A DNA stretch of 63,697 nt, filler included, from Syncephalis fuscata S228 (taxonomy: Eukaryota; Fungi; Zoopagomycota), in NCBI GenBank assembly GCA_025786725.1. It is 4 parts of 4 records of this genome, joined end to end, with 100 filler letters (N's around TTAATTAATTAA, not from the genome) between each part and the next. Parts side by side here need not be neighbours in the genome. Positions count along the whole stretch, not along the records: positions 1 to 29,079 come from JAHLTZ010000094.1; positions 29,180 to 50,990 come from JAHLTZ010000149.1; 2 more parts are not named here. The stretch is one strand, 5' to 3'. The position numbers were made by a program, and so were the translations under genes. The notes under the pieces are model-generated. The model was not told where the DNA came from. It did not search any database and saw only the letters and a list, made by a program, of their open reading frames with translations. Positions within the stretch are counted from its first letter, which is position 1, and each line of letters opens with the position of its first letter. Of the stretch, positions 25,180-36,751 are shown in pieces.

Positions 25180-27009
25180 GAAAGCACAACAACTGGCGAT
25201 ATTTACACCATTGCTATTTTGTTCAACACAATACTTTGCTGTAGACAGTGCCAAAACATATAAAAATGATTTCTACACAATACCTAGATTCAATTGTCCT
25301 TTTATTAGCTCTAAAATTACCGGCAAAAAATTTATGTGACACCTTACTATGTGTCCACCGGTGTTAAAACACTTCACGCCATGGGCTTCAAAGGAAAAGA
25401 CGTAAAACTTGGAATTATTGATGCTGGTATTAATTTAAACACTGGTGCATTTAAAAGGAATTATAATTATAATCACAATTTTGTGGATGCAAGTCATAGA
25501 AAGATTAAAGATACATCTGAATGCAATAAACGCGGTGTAAGTTTAGCTGGAATTGCTGTTGCAAAATCCAATCATTTTACTGGAGTTGCACCCAAGGCAA
25601 CACTTGACGCCTATCGCGTATTTGGCTGCACGAGTCCAACTTTAACTTTATTGATGTTGCAAGCTATAGCAGCAGCAATCAAGGATCAAATGAAAATTGT
25701 TGTATTACCGAAGATTGCCATTGTAGATGAATACAGTACTAAACTAAAAGAAACGATAGAATATGTTGCAAAACATGGCGTGATTATGATTGTTGCAGCA
25801 TCAGCCAATAATTTTATGAATCCAAATTACTTTTCATATCAAGGCCTTCCTGTATTAAGTGTTGGTGGTTTTAAACAAAAGTATCGACTATCGCACTGGT
25901 TTGAGGAGAAAACAACTGGCCGTCGTATTAAGTTTATGTCTTCATGTGCAAACATGAGCTATGACTTTAACAAAGAAATGAATATTATTCCTAAAAATAT
26001 CAATGACAAATTAAACGAACATCTTACTGGGCTTAAAAGAGGAGACATTGCACTTGTGTGGTATGATAAATCAAAAACTCCTTATTTGTTAAAGTATGCC
26101 AAAACAATAAGAATGACTGGACTTATCATCGTAAACGGTCCTTACCAAAAAAGACAAAAATGCGATATGCCTTTATTTGATATCAATGAAAAAGATGCTA
26201 TATTTATAGAAGAAGGCTATGCGAATAAGCTTGGATACAAATATATTTTTGCAGAAAAGTATGGCTACATTAAAGATGGCAGTGTTACTGTCGATACAGC
26301 TGGACCGCAGAATGAACCATTTATACCGCCTTTCTATCCTGACATCTTGGCACCAAGTCACGAAATCTACACTACTACCACTCGTAAAACAATAAGCAAA
26401 CCTCATTTCAGCGATATATCAGCTGCTGTTGCATATGTTGCCGGTGCAGCTGCATTGATAGCTGAAATTGATAGCAAGAGTTTGGTTGATGTTAACCATG
26501 CCAGAACTATATTACAAAACAGCGCAGTTCCCGTCAAAGTCAGTAATGCAGATTCGCTATGCTTCTGCATTATATCAAGGCTCCGGTATAATCAATCTTA
26601 CCAAACTAATAGATACTAAAAGTGTTCATGTTGAACCATCGTTAATTAATTTGGAGGACACGTATACCAACGCAGTGGATGTATTGATCAAACTTTCACC
26701 TCTATCTGACACATCAGCATCGTATAAACTTTCACATATTCCAGCCGCTGCAGTTTTGAAATCAAAACCTATTAGCAATACATCGTCAGGAAAACATGTG
26801 ATTGCAACCGTTTCCCTTCCAGGATCTATTGATTTACGACTAAATCAGATAAGCGAGATCAACATAAAGATTAGGTGCCGAGGAATATACAAAATGGCGA
26901 AATATGGTCATATTCCGGGTATATTGTAATTGATCCTAATCCAGGAATTAATGGATCACCATCGAACCATGCTGTTTATGTTCCATATTATGGAACAGTT
27001 AGAGGTTAA
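25180..27009 (+). CDS. Subtilisin-like S8 protease homolog (PA insert and Fn3-like tail), catalytic His substituted; frameshifts present; start approximate
   Basis: LGIIDAGI, CNKRGVSLAGI (for HGT), TGVAPKATLDAYRVFGC, PDILAP, FSDISAAVAYVAGAAAL, YQGSGIINL, GYIVI...VYVPYYG. Confidence 0.75.
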
Positions 27010-27287
27010 ACAGCTTAGATATAGACTATGCTTAACATTGTTTTGTTATTTGTTGGCAGTATTGCTTTTATTGTGGCTTAACTAGTAAACATATTAGATT
27101 TCACTTTTACTTTTTGACTATTGTATTTAACATATTGTATGTTCTGTATGGTGTATTCAAATATTTTAATTTTTAAAAACTTAATTCTCTGTTGTGCAAG
27201 TCGAATAAGCTGTATCAATCGTATAATATACTATATGTCATTTAACATTATTATACAATTTGTTTTTACTAGCAATTTTACTAACCA

Positions 27288-28341
27288 TTTAATATGATTT
27301 GGAGACCAAGTGATTATACTGATTATTCACACATTTAAACTACACATCCAATCTACTGAGCATGATGATGTGTGGCGAATGGCATCAATCATCAAACACT
27401 CATCATCATAGATCCATCATCTAGTATGCATATATACTCTATCCACATATTGCTATATCATCGCATTCACACAGCATTACGTTATTGCTATTTACACCGA
27501 TCTTATTCCTGATAACCTCCAATTCCACACTGATCTATTGTTTTTTGACTTGTTATTACTACAGATGGCCTATTATCTGGTTCAAATGCCATCAGAATCA
27601 TAACTAATTGCCATTAGCTAATTCGTTCATAATCAACTAGTAGTAATTAATTAAATAAATGCTTCTATAAGATGACAATTCTACACATACCTGTATTATT
27701 TATTCGATTGTTATAACTCAACGAGAAAAAAAGTGAACAAGTCAATTTGTATTATTAATATAGCTAGAACTAAACAAGTAACTGCGGTAGATAGTCTGTA
27801 GTCATGCCAAAGTTATTGAGTATATATGCATGACCAATGAGCGGAATTAGTTGCCATTTGTTAATAATAGTGCTAGAACAAAAATAAAAACAGTTTGGAT
27901 AGAGGAAGACTAGGCGAGTATAGAATGCTATGTAGAATGATAAATGTACGGTGATAAAGCATATAAAATAATGTTAAAGCTGTAAAGCATATAGTGCAAT
28001 GAGTGGAATGAGTGAAGTGTAATGGAACATATAAACAATAGAATGTGTCTAGTATATCATAGAATGATATATAGTATTATAGAATAGAATGGGAATGATA
28101 TAGATAAATAATATATATATGTGTACTAAATATATGCATACTGGATAACGAATCTATGATGATGAGTATTTGATGATTGATGTCATTCACCATCCATCAT
28201 CATGTTCACTAGAACAACTTCTAGTTCAATTACGCGAATATAATCAAATAAAATCATTTGACCCCCAAACAACAATAAATATGATGATGTAATCATTAAA
28301 TAAAACTAACCACTTGCCCCATGTTCAATAGAACAAATATT
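27288..28341. mobile_element. AT-rich non-autonomous TIR element, copy 2 (inverted relative to copy 1); internal inverted repeats 27353-28212
   Basis: Ends TTTAATATGATTTGGAGACCAA and CCCCATGTTCAATAGAACAAATATT correspond to the reverse complements of the copy-1 ends; shared interior GAACATATAAACAATAGAATGTGTC. Confidence 0.75.
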
Positions 28342-28480
28342 GGTGTTAGCAATACAAATATAATAATAATAGTAATAATAAAATGTTATAATCATAATAA
28401 AAATAAAACTATACTTTCAGTGCATATTTATTATCCAATAAACACTGCCCATATCCAGTTTGCATAAGATAGAAAGGCGC

Positions 28481-29079
28481 TTAAGCAACCAAGTCCTTCT
28501 TGAGAGTACCCAAGAAAGTGTTCTTCTCTTCCTTGGTCTGGAAGCGACCGTGACCAAACTTGGAGGAGGTATCGATGAACTTGAGAGCAATCTTCTCCAA
28601 AGCAGAGCGCTTGGTGTGAGTAAGCAATGACTTGCGAAGAGTCAAGACGCGACGACGGACACCGACGCAGGCACCCTTGATCATGACAAAGTCCTCGTTG
28701 ACTTCACCGTAGTGAGGGAAGCCACCCATTGGTGTGATGGTCTTGGTGGTAAGATCGTACTCGGTGGAGGCGTTCTTCTTGTCGGCACCGCTGCCAATAC
28801 GGTAGATCTTCTTGTTGATCTCAGTACGGTGTGGTAGCCGTTCTGACCAGCACGTGGTACCGAGTACATAACACGGGATGGATGCCAGGCACCGATACAG
28901 GCAACCTTGCGGAGACCCTTGTGCGTCTTACGTGGCAACTTCTTGGTGCCCCAACGGTGGGTGACACCTTCGAAACCTTTACCTTTGGTAACACCGATAA
29001 CATCAATCATCTCATCTTCTCGAAGATGGCGTTGATATCAACGGTCTTTTCAAAGTGCTACGGGCCCAGTCGACCTTTT
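28481..29079 (-). CDS. RPL3: 60S ribosomal protein L3 (uL3), 3' part; truncated by contig end; two 1-nt deletions
   Basis: [60 protein letters not shown]. Confidence 0.97.
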
Positions 29080-29179
29080 NNNNNNNNNNNNNNNNNNNNN
29101 NNNNNNNNNNNNNNNNNNNNNNNTTAATTAATTAANNNNNNNNNNNNNNNNNNNNNNNNNNNNNNNNNNNNNNNNNNNN
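29080..29179. other. Artificial contig-joining linker (N44-TTAATTAATTAA-N44)
   Basis: Identical 100-nt pattern occurs three times; core has stops in all six frames. Confidence 0.97.
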
Positions 29180-29568
29180 GGAGTGCGTAATTTTAATTCA
29201 AATCGAAGGAGTGTTGTTGAAAGGAGACAATTCTGTGTAAACAAAGAATACGGCAGTTGTTGCTGTGATGATATGGTTCCCCAGACAACATCGATTGATG
29301 ACGCAACAGTAGTGCGATGTCGATAACGTTGCTAGTTACGTTGACATGGCGTGCTAGTCAATGGAATCAATGTAATAGCGATAATGAGCGAATGAGAGCA
29401 GATTGATTGATTAATTGAACACTTGACCACAACTTTTGACATTTAGACATTTACTAATCGATGTTATGCGTATTTTATAGACAAATCAGTATGACACGCC
29501 TTAGTAGTACACTTGCCTTTGTTGGCATCGCCTGCTTACTGGCTACTACGGCGATGGCTAGACCTGAT
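29180..29568 (+). repeat. Outer arm A of the inverted duplication (partner 35118-35507); runs off the contig end
   Basis: By eye identical to the reverse complement of 35118-35507 except one 1-nt indel near the contig end; covers upstream intron, ATG and signal peptide. Confidence 0.92.
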
Positions 29569-30537
29569 GCTCCAACGTATAAGCAACCCATCACGACTTC
29601 AATGGGTACACCGGAAGTTTGTAGATTTCCATTCTTTTATGATAATAAGTGGTTTTATACCTGCATTGCTACGGATATTGAGCCTGGTAATCCTGGTAAG
29701 CCATGGTGCGTGCTTAAGGACGAATATGTGCCAGCCAAGCCTGCAAACAACTGGCTTTACTGCGACATGAGCAAGTTCCAATCTGCTGGTATTTTATCCG
29801 ATGGCCACCGATACTCCTGTCTTCCGCAAACGCTACCTAATATAACATACACTGGCTGCATTGGTGACACTGAAAAGGGGCCTTCTAGCTGCAAGACTGA
29901 TAATGACGGTACTGTGGTTACTGGCTCTTGCCTTACTATAAGGTCTCAATTAGATCTCGGTGGTGACAATACTGCTAAAACCGGACTTGCCATCTCGGTT
30001 GGTGCTAACGACGCAAATTCCGATGATGATTCTACCAAAAAAGGCAGCAATAATGTTGTCATTAGCTTGGCTGCAGTGCTCAGCGTCGCCGGCGTAGGCT
30101 TATTGGCTGGTCTATTCATTTATCGTCGCCGCCAATCGCGTCAAAATCTATCATGGCGCCAACAAAATAAAGATGAAGGTCAAATGGAATCGAGCGCAGC
30201 TGGCCCCGGATTTGCTGCCATGGCTGCCGTTGGTGCTACCGGCTATCGTGAATCAGCATCAAGCAGTAATATCTTTTCGCCAGTCAGTCCAGGCGAGCGT
30301 ATGTACCCAGTTATCAGCACATATACACCTACATTAGGCGACGAGTTAGAGATCCAACCAGGTGATAAGGTCAGCATTCTTATTGAATATGACGATGGAT
30401 GGTGCCAGGGTGTCAATCATACACGCGGTGGTCTTAAAGGTGTATTCCCGCGCCATTGTGTTGATATGACTGCTGGTATGCCAGTAGATGATGCAGACAA
30501 GACGGTCAATTCAAGTACAGCCACCATCGCCGTATAA
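29491..30537 (+). CDS. Single-pass membrane protein: signal peptide, fibronectin type II-like ectodomain, TM, cytoplasmic SH3 (paralog A)
   Basis: CRFPFFYDNKWFYTC...KPWC...WLYC (FN2 pattern); TM ending LLAGLFIY-RRRQSR; SH3 YPVISTYTPTLGDELEIQPGDKV...DDGWCQG...GVFPRHCV; branch point and TAG acceptor just upstream of ATG 29491. Confidence 0.85.
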   Translation: MTRLSSTLAFVGIACLLATTAMARPDAPTYKQPITTSMGTPEVCRFPFFYDNKWFYTCIATDIEPGNPGKPWCVLKDEYVPAKPANNWLYCDMSKFQSAGILSDGHRYSCLPQTLPNITYTGCIGDTEKGPSSCKTDNDGTVVTGSCLTIRSQLDLGGDNTAKTGLAISVGANDANSDDDSTKKGSNNVVISLAAVLSVAGVGLLAGLFIYRRRQSRQNLSWRQQNKDEGQMESSAAGPGFAAMAAVGATGYRESASSSNIFSPVSPGERMYPVISTYTPTLGDELEIQPGDKVSILIEYDDGWCQGVNHTRGGLKGVFPRHCVDMTAGMPVDDADKTVNSSTATIAV

Positions 30538-31542
30538 ATCATCCATTTCGCTTTTAATTATCGTACTTTTCTCTCTCTCTCTCTTGATTCTTTACGCTCA
30601 CTCCACTTCCACTGCCAACACAATACACCACATTACACCTACGATATATATATACATACATATATAATCACACCAACAATAGCCTCCACACCTACATCAG
30701 CCACCACCATATTGAACCTTGTTGACAGCCTACCAAATGGCACCGCAATAATGATGATGGCTACTATTATTATTACAGCTATTATTATTACTATTAACTG
30801 TCATCGGTTAACGTAATAATAGTAATGTTGCCGGTATGGCTAACAACAATAAACGATACAATGACGCATACGATCCCGTTGCGCTGTTGACCAGCACACA
30901 GGACTGTATGCAATCAATGGCGTACGTGTGCGTATAGATGTACGTGTTGATGCTTTGTATATGTGTACGCAAATCTATATATTATATATCCATAGGTGTA
31001 ATCGTGTTGTAGTGTTATACTTTTATTATTATTATAATCTTGATTTACACTTGTTACTGATTAGTATTATATTGCTAACATTAACATTGCCATCACACCA
31101 CCAACATCACTACTACTACCACTACCACAACGATAACTAGCACAATCCATATTCCAATTTCTGTCACAGCCCATCTGTTCTTTTGGTTAAATGCTTGGTT
31201 TATTATTTATCCATAATTCCGTTTATTAATTGAGCCATTTGTGATATGCCCTAATTCACAAAGGTGCTACATGTTTACGCGTTCATTGTTGATTAAATAA
31301 CGATGATTTACATATAATATTGAGTATATGGTAGATGAATAGCCATATTAAATACATGTGTTTATGTGTGTGTTTATGTTTACGTGTGTGTTTATAATAT
31401 GTATAATAATCATTGTAACAGCTTATACAATTAAATTAAGATGGATCCAATTTAAAAAAGCTTCTATGTGATGACAATGGCTATATAATAGAAATAATGG
31501 CAATAAAATGTTAAGTTAGAAATTAGTAATTTATATTGTAAT
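30316..31542 (+). repeat. Inner arm A of the inverted duplication (partner 33118-34346)
   Basis: ~1.23 kb reverse-complement match; by eye only 3 substitutions in the SH3-coding part and a 2-nt indel near the inner end. Confidence 0.92.
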
Positions 31543-31622
31543 TAAACGTTTTTGACAGTCTGGTTACTATTCCAGCCAACTTGTTTATTTTCGTCAATAC
31601 ATCTATATACCATAACAACTTC

Positions 31623-33226
31623 ATGACGCGCCTTTCAAACATTGACGGAATACCAGCAGAAGTACTAGACATATTGTCTAATGCCAGTATTTACACGGGT
31701 AATAATAACATATAGTACGTCAATAGTAGTCATTGCTTTAACTATATACGATTACTTTCAGCTCAAGACGTACTTACTACTGACAAACAAACGCTTTGTC
31801 AAAAAACAAATCTATCACATTCGGTAAGTTTAAATCTGGTTGAATTGGTTTAATAATGATAAGGCACAGCTAGTTGAACAGTTGTATAGTCGAGTAATAA
31901 ACAGTTTTAATATTTCTCTCAATACTGCTAGCTCGCTTATTACATCAGCTACATCATTTTTTCCAGCTGGGATACTACCGTCAGGCACTCGATTATCCAC
32001 TGGCTACACTAGGTAAATATATAGTTTAAATCTGCAACTGCTTAATATCATACTTAAGGATCACTACTATTAGTATAGATCGATTATTGAATGGAGGTCT
32101 ACTGCCAGGTCAAATTACCGAATTATTTGGGCCAGCAGGAGCGGGAAAAACCCAAGTAAATATTTAAATAGTATAACTGTAGCAGGTGACATTAACTGAT
32201 TATGAGTCTAGATTGCCTTTAGTACAGTTGTGCAATGTCTTATGTTATTACATTCATTAATGCTTAATCAAACTGATAACAATGATAATGATAATAACCA
32301 GGATCAAAGTGCTAATGGTACCACTCCATTCATTGCCTATATAGACACGTGTGGCTCATTTTCCGCCCATAAGCTATATACACTTCTTTGTAATCAATGG
32401 TCTGACCGTGAAGGTATCTAAATGTTAAATTGATATATAATTTACTAAAACTGGAATCATATAGATTGTATGTCGGCGTTAAAATATGTTCGCGTATTTT
32501 CCTGCAATACTATTTATGATGTATTTAATGCTCTTGAACAATTGGGCGGCTTTAGTAACTCTCAAGTAAGTATAGCAATTATAAATATTGAATAACAACC
32601 TTAATACTTGATGAGTTAATTACTTACTACTATTCCCGTAAAAGTCACCATTGCTGATTGTTCTTGATTCGGTATCGGCTGTGTTGGCACCTTTACTATC
32701 CAACCAAGCACGTCAAGGTATATAACTGTAATAGTCACTTTTATATGCTATAACTGTGTTTAGGACATGTTCTTATGTCAGAACTGGCTTATGTCCTTTC
32801 CGATATAGCTCACAAACATTCCAGTATAGTCTTGGTAAGCTGAATGGTTTTATTAGCAATTTAAATTTAATCATGCATCTATAGATATTAAATAGTGCGG
32901 TGCGTCAACCTATTGAAGATGACGACGGAATCGCTTTAGATTCTACAGCTCTTTTAGCTATCCAGCCACCTCAGTCAAATGCCTTGTCTAAACCAGCTCT
33001 GGGTGCTACTTGGTCTTATACACCTCATGCGCGTATCTATATTGCGCGGGATGGTGAATCGCAATCTAAATCTGTTAGATACTGTTTACTTGTAAAGTCC
33101 AAACAGCAAGCAAGTAGATTACAATATAAATTACTAATTTCTAACTTAACATTTTATTGCCATTATTTAACTATTATATAGCCATTGTCATCACATAGAA
33201 GCTTTTTTAAATTGGATCCATCTTAA
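31623..33226 (+). CDS. RAD51D: RAD51 paralog, RAD51D-like, multi-exon
   Basis: LSTG..SIDRLLNGGLLPGQITELFGPAGAGKTQ (Walker A), AYIDTCGSFS, LIVLDSVSAVLAPLL (Walker B), KPALGATWSYTPHARI, KSKQQ|PLSSHRSFFKLDPS*. Confidence 0.85.
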
Positions 33227-34346
33227 TTTAATTGTATAAGCTGTTACAATGATTATTATACATATTATAAACACACACGTAAACATAAACACACACATAA
33301 ACACATGTATTTAATATGGCTATTCATCTACCATATACTCAATATTATATGTAAATCATCGTTATTTAATCAACAATGAACGCGTAAACATGTAGCACCT
33401 TTGTGAATTAGGGCATATCACAAATGGCTCAATTAATAAACGGAATTATGGATAAATAATAAACCAAGCATTTAACCAAAAGAACAGATGGGCTGTGACA
33501 GAAATTGGAATATGGATTGTGCTAGTTATCGTTGTGGTAGTGGTAGTAGTAGTGATGTTGGTGGTGTGATGGCAATGTTAATGTTAGCAATATAATACTA
33601 ATCAGTAACAAGTGTAAATCAAGATTATAATAATAATAAAAGTATAACACTACAACACGATTACACCTATGGATATATAATATATAGATTTGCGTACACA
33701 TATACAAAGCATCAACACGTACATCTATACGCACACGTACGCCATTGATTGCATACAGTCCTGTGTGCTGGTCAACAGCGCAACGGGATCGTATGCGTCA
33801 TTGTATCGTTTATTGTTGTTAGCCATACCGGCAACATTACTATTATTACGTTAACCGATGACAGTTAATAGTAATAATAATAGCTGTAATAATAATAGTA
33901 GCCATCATCATTATTGCGGTGCCATTTGGTAGGCTGTCAACAAGGTTCAATATGGTGGTGGCTGATGTAGGTGTGGAGGCTATTGTTGGTGTGATTATAT
34001 ATGTATGTATATATATATCGTAGGTGTAATGTGGTGTATTGTGTTGGCAGTGGAAGTGGAGTGAGCGTAAAGAATCAAGAGAGAGAGAGAGAAAAGTACG
34101 ATAATTAAAAGCGAAATGGATGATTTATACGGCGATGGTGGCTGTACTTGAATTAACCGTTTTGTCTGCATCATCTACTGGCATACCAGCAGTCATATCA
34201 ACACAATGGCGCGGGAATACACCTTTAAGACCACCGCGTGTATGATTGACACCCTGGCACCATCCATCGTCATATTCAATAAGAATGCCGACCTTATCAC
34301 CTGGTTGGATCTCTAACTCGTCGCCTAATGTAGGTGTATATGTGCT
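33118..34346 (-). repeat. Inner arm B of the inverted duplication; contains most of the RAD51D last intron, its last exon, and the SH3/3'UTR of paralog B
   Basis: Reverse complement of 30316-31542. Confidence 0.92.
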
Positions 34347-35195
34347 AACTACAGGATATAGGCATTCTGTAGGACTAAGTGGTGAAAGTATTTGACTGTT
34401 TTCTTCAGAACCGTAATAACTTGATGTATCGTTATTGATTCTAGAGGTACTTGCAGCAGTCATAGGAACAGTAAGTTCAGTACCAATAGTACTTGGATCA
34501 ATTCGTTGCATACTCCTGTCTTCGTACTGCATCGACATACTTTGTCGTGATTGCCGACGACGATATACAAATAAACCAGCAAGTAGAGCAATGGCACCTA
34601 CAAAAAATGTAATACCTAGAACGCCACCAAGACCAATGCTGCTTTTATTGGGTGAGTCGGTGTTTTCGGTTACAAGAGCCGCTTTGGAAACAGAATCGAC
34701 ACTTTCCAAGTTTTGTTTTACACTTAAACATGCTCGGTAATCTTGTTTACCACCAACGTCAACGAGACATTGGAATATGCCGTTTTTAGTATCAGCACTA
34801 CATCCCATATATGTCTCATTTTTGACTTTTTGAGGAAGACAGTCTTTACGCACGCCATCAACTATAGCACCAGGCGCATGGAATGTTTTCATATCACAGT
34901 AGGCCCATTCGGGAGATTTGGCATTCTGAGAGACATATCCTTTTTTAAGCATGCACCATGGTTTGTCGTCCGTGCTACCAAGAGAAATACAAGTTGACCA
35001 ATACTTTTTACGACTGAAAAATGGTAGCTCGCACGATGTTGGCGTGCCCATAGCAACCGTGATGTTTTTACTATCCTGTGGATTGTTTGTAGTATCCTGT
35101 GGGTTATCCTGTGAGTTATCAGGTCTAGCCATCGCCGTAGTAGCCAGTAAGCAGGCGATGCCAACAAAGGCAAGTGTACTACTAAGGCGTGTCAT
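34125..35195 (-). CDS. Single-pass membrane protein: signal peptide, FN2-like ectodomain, TM, SH3 (paralog B)
   Basis: CELPFFSRKKYWSTC...KPWC...WAYC; TM ending LLAGLFVY-RRRQSR; signal peptide identical and SH3 nearly identical to paralog A. Confidence 0.85.
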   Translation of the reverse strand: MTRLSSTLAFVGIACLLATTAMARPDNSQDNPQDTTNNPQDSKNITVAMGTPTSCELPFFSRKKYWSTCISLGSTDDKPWCMLKKGYVSQNAKSPEWAYCDMKTFHAPGAIVDGVRKDCLPQKVKNETYMGCSADTKNGIFQCLVDVGGKQDYRACLSVKQNLESVDSVSKAALVTENTDSPNKSSIGLGGVLGITFFVGAIALLAGLFVYRRRQSRQSMSMQYEDRSMQRIDPSTIGTELTVPMTAASTSRINNDTSSYYGSEENSQILSPLSPTECLYPVVSTYTPTLGDELEIQPGDKVGILIEYDDGWCQGVNHTRGGLKGVFPRHCVDMTAGMPVDDADKTVNSSTATIAV

Positions 35196-35507
35196 ACTGA
35201 TTTGTCTATAAAATACGCATAACATCGATTAGTAAATGTCTAAATGTCAAAAGTTGTGGTCAAGTGTTCAATTAATCAATCAATCTGCTCTCATTCGCTC
35301 ATTATCGCTATTACATTGATTCCATTGACTAGCACGCCATGTCAACGTAACTAGCAACGTTATCGACATCGCACTACTGTTGCGTCATCAATCGATGTTG
35401 TCTGGGGAACCATATCATCACAGCAACAACTGCCGTATTCTTTGTTTACACAGAATTGTCTCCTTTCAACAACACTCCTTCGATTTGAATTAACAATTAC
35501 GCACTCC
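35118..35507 (-). repeat. Outer arm B of the inverted duplication
   Basis: Reverse complement of 29180-29568. Confidence 0.92.
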
Positions 35508-36751
35508 TGCCACGTCATCTTTAAACACCGCCACATTACATTACATCATCATCATAATAGCAATAATATGGATATGGATATGGATAGCGCTATACTAGCA
35601 TTATAATATAATGTGCTAAGTCACATTTGTACAACATCCAATAGAGTACACGGATGGATTGGCCATTATCGCTATAGCCCAGTACTTACAGACTACTGTC
35701 CAATGCTTACTAGTGGATATCAAAAAGGTAAATTGAAAATAAAGAACAGAGAACCAGCTCCTTTTGACTAGATATGCCGTGCAATAAGAAGCAGGAATCG
35801 AGAAGCAATTGAACTGGTATCGTATACTACACCGTACGTACACGCAAATAAGAAGAAAGAAAACAAAGTATACGTGCTGCAGACAGAAAGGTCGACTGCA
35901 CTACAAGTTTGGAAATAATATACTGCAGTAAAGCTTTGCGTTGCGTTCAAATGAATAAAAGTAAACGCTATTGAATAAAAGAAAGCCAATAGCAATTGCT
36001 AATAGGTGCAATAACTATAGACTATGAAGATATGAAGTTAAATGCAAGTCGGAATGGCCAACAACAAAGGAAAGAAGGCCAAAGGCTTCAAAGACTAAGA
36101 CTAGCGACAGCTATTCAGATAGACAATTAAGTAAAGTGTGAGTGAGAGTGAAAGAGTGAGTTAGGAAAGAGAAGCGAGTAGAAGCGTGCAGGATAGCAAA
36201 GGATAGCGTGTTAAAACCTGATGCGCATGCCACTTACCATGCAATCCACATGAATCCACAATAATAATTAAGAACAGGTTAAGAGAAAAAGGCACAAGGT
36301 TAAACAACAATGCCTGCTTTCTGTGAAAGGCGCGACAAGGCAAAACTGTCCTACACATGTGCATCTAGAATACATGCAATTTACTTTTATACTATTCATA
36401 GTTGCACATCTTACAGTGCCGAGCAGCAATTAAGGGAGTCGAGTATCATCAATGCAGCCACTATTCCTACCACTACCAACACTATTATTTTTATTATTGC
36501 TGCTGCTAGTGCTGTAACATCTATGGTGTTACAAATAGCAATGAACAAGTTTATTTCAATCTAATTCTGCATAATTTCATGGTACCAAGAGTATTGGCAC
36601 ATATGGACTGGCAGAACGCATGTACTATGTCGTGCTAGTTTGTGCCATGTATCAATAACCGGTAATGTAAAGTAATGTGTGGTATTAGATAGACAATGAA
36701 TGAAAACAAATATAAACTCTTTTCTATTACATATGCGACTAGAAACCAATA

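Noticed and set aside
28820-29030. Frameshifts in RPL3 (GYH-HRTE and FEK-DEM) and in HIRA (~49630) as programmed frameshifting or pseudogenes
   Set aside because: Single-base losses in short runs within essential, otherwise perfectly conserved genes are best explained as sequencing or assembly errors
29080-29179. Repeated palindromic TTAATTAATTAA motif flanked by Ns (also 50991-51090, 58879-58978)
   Set aside because: Artificial concatenation linker; genes on either side are not neighbours
29461-29490. ORF-track start MLCVFYRQIS for the FN2-SH3 genes
   Set aside because: Lies within a 3' splice region (branch point and TAG at 29480); ATG 29491 gives a clean signal peptide
30928-31140. Duplicated 70-aa ORF (also 33522-33734)
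   Set aside because: Low-complexity 3'-UTR sequence inside the inverted arms, non-ATG start; duplicated only because of the repeat
31623-31637. RAD51D and the FN2-SH3 proteins all begin MTRLS
   Set aside because: Codons differ and similarity stops after five residues; probably coincidence
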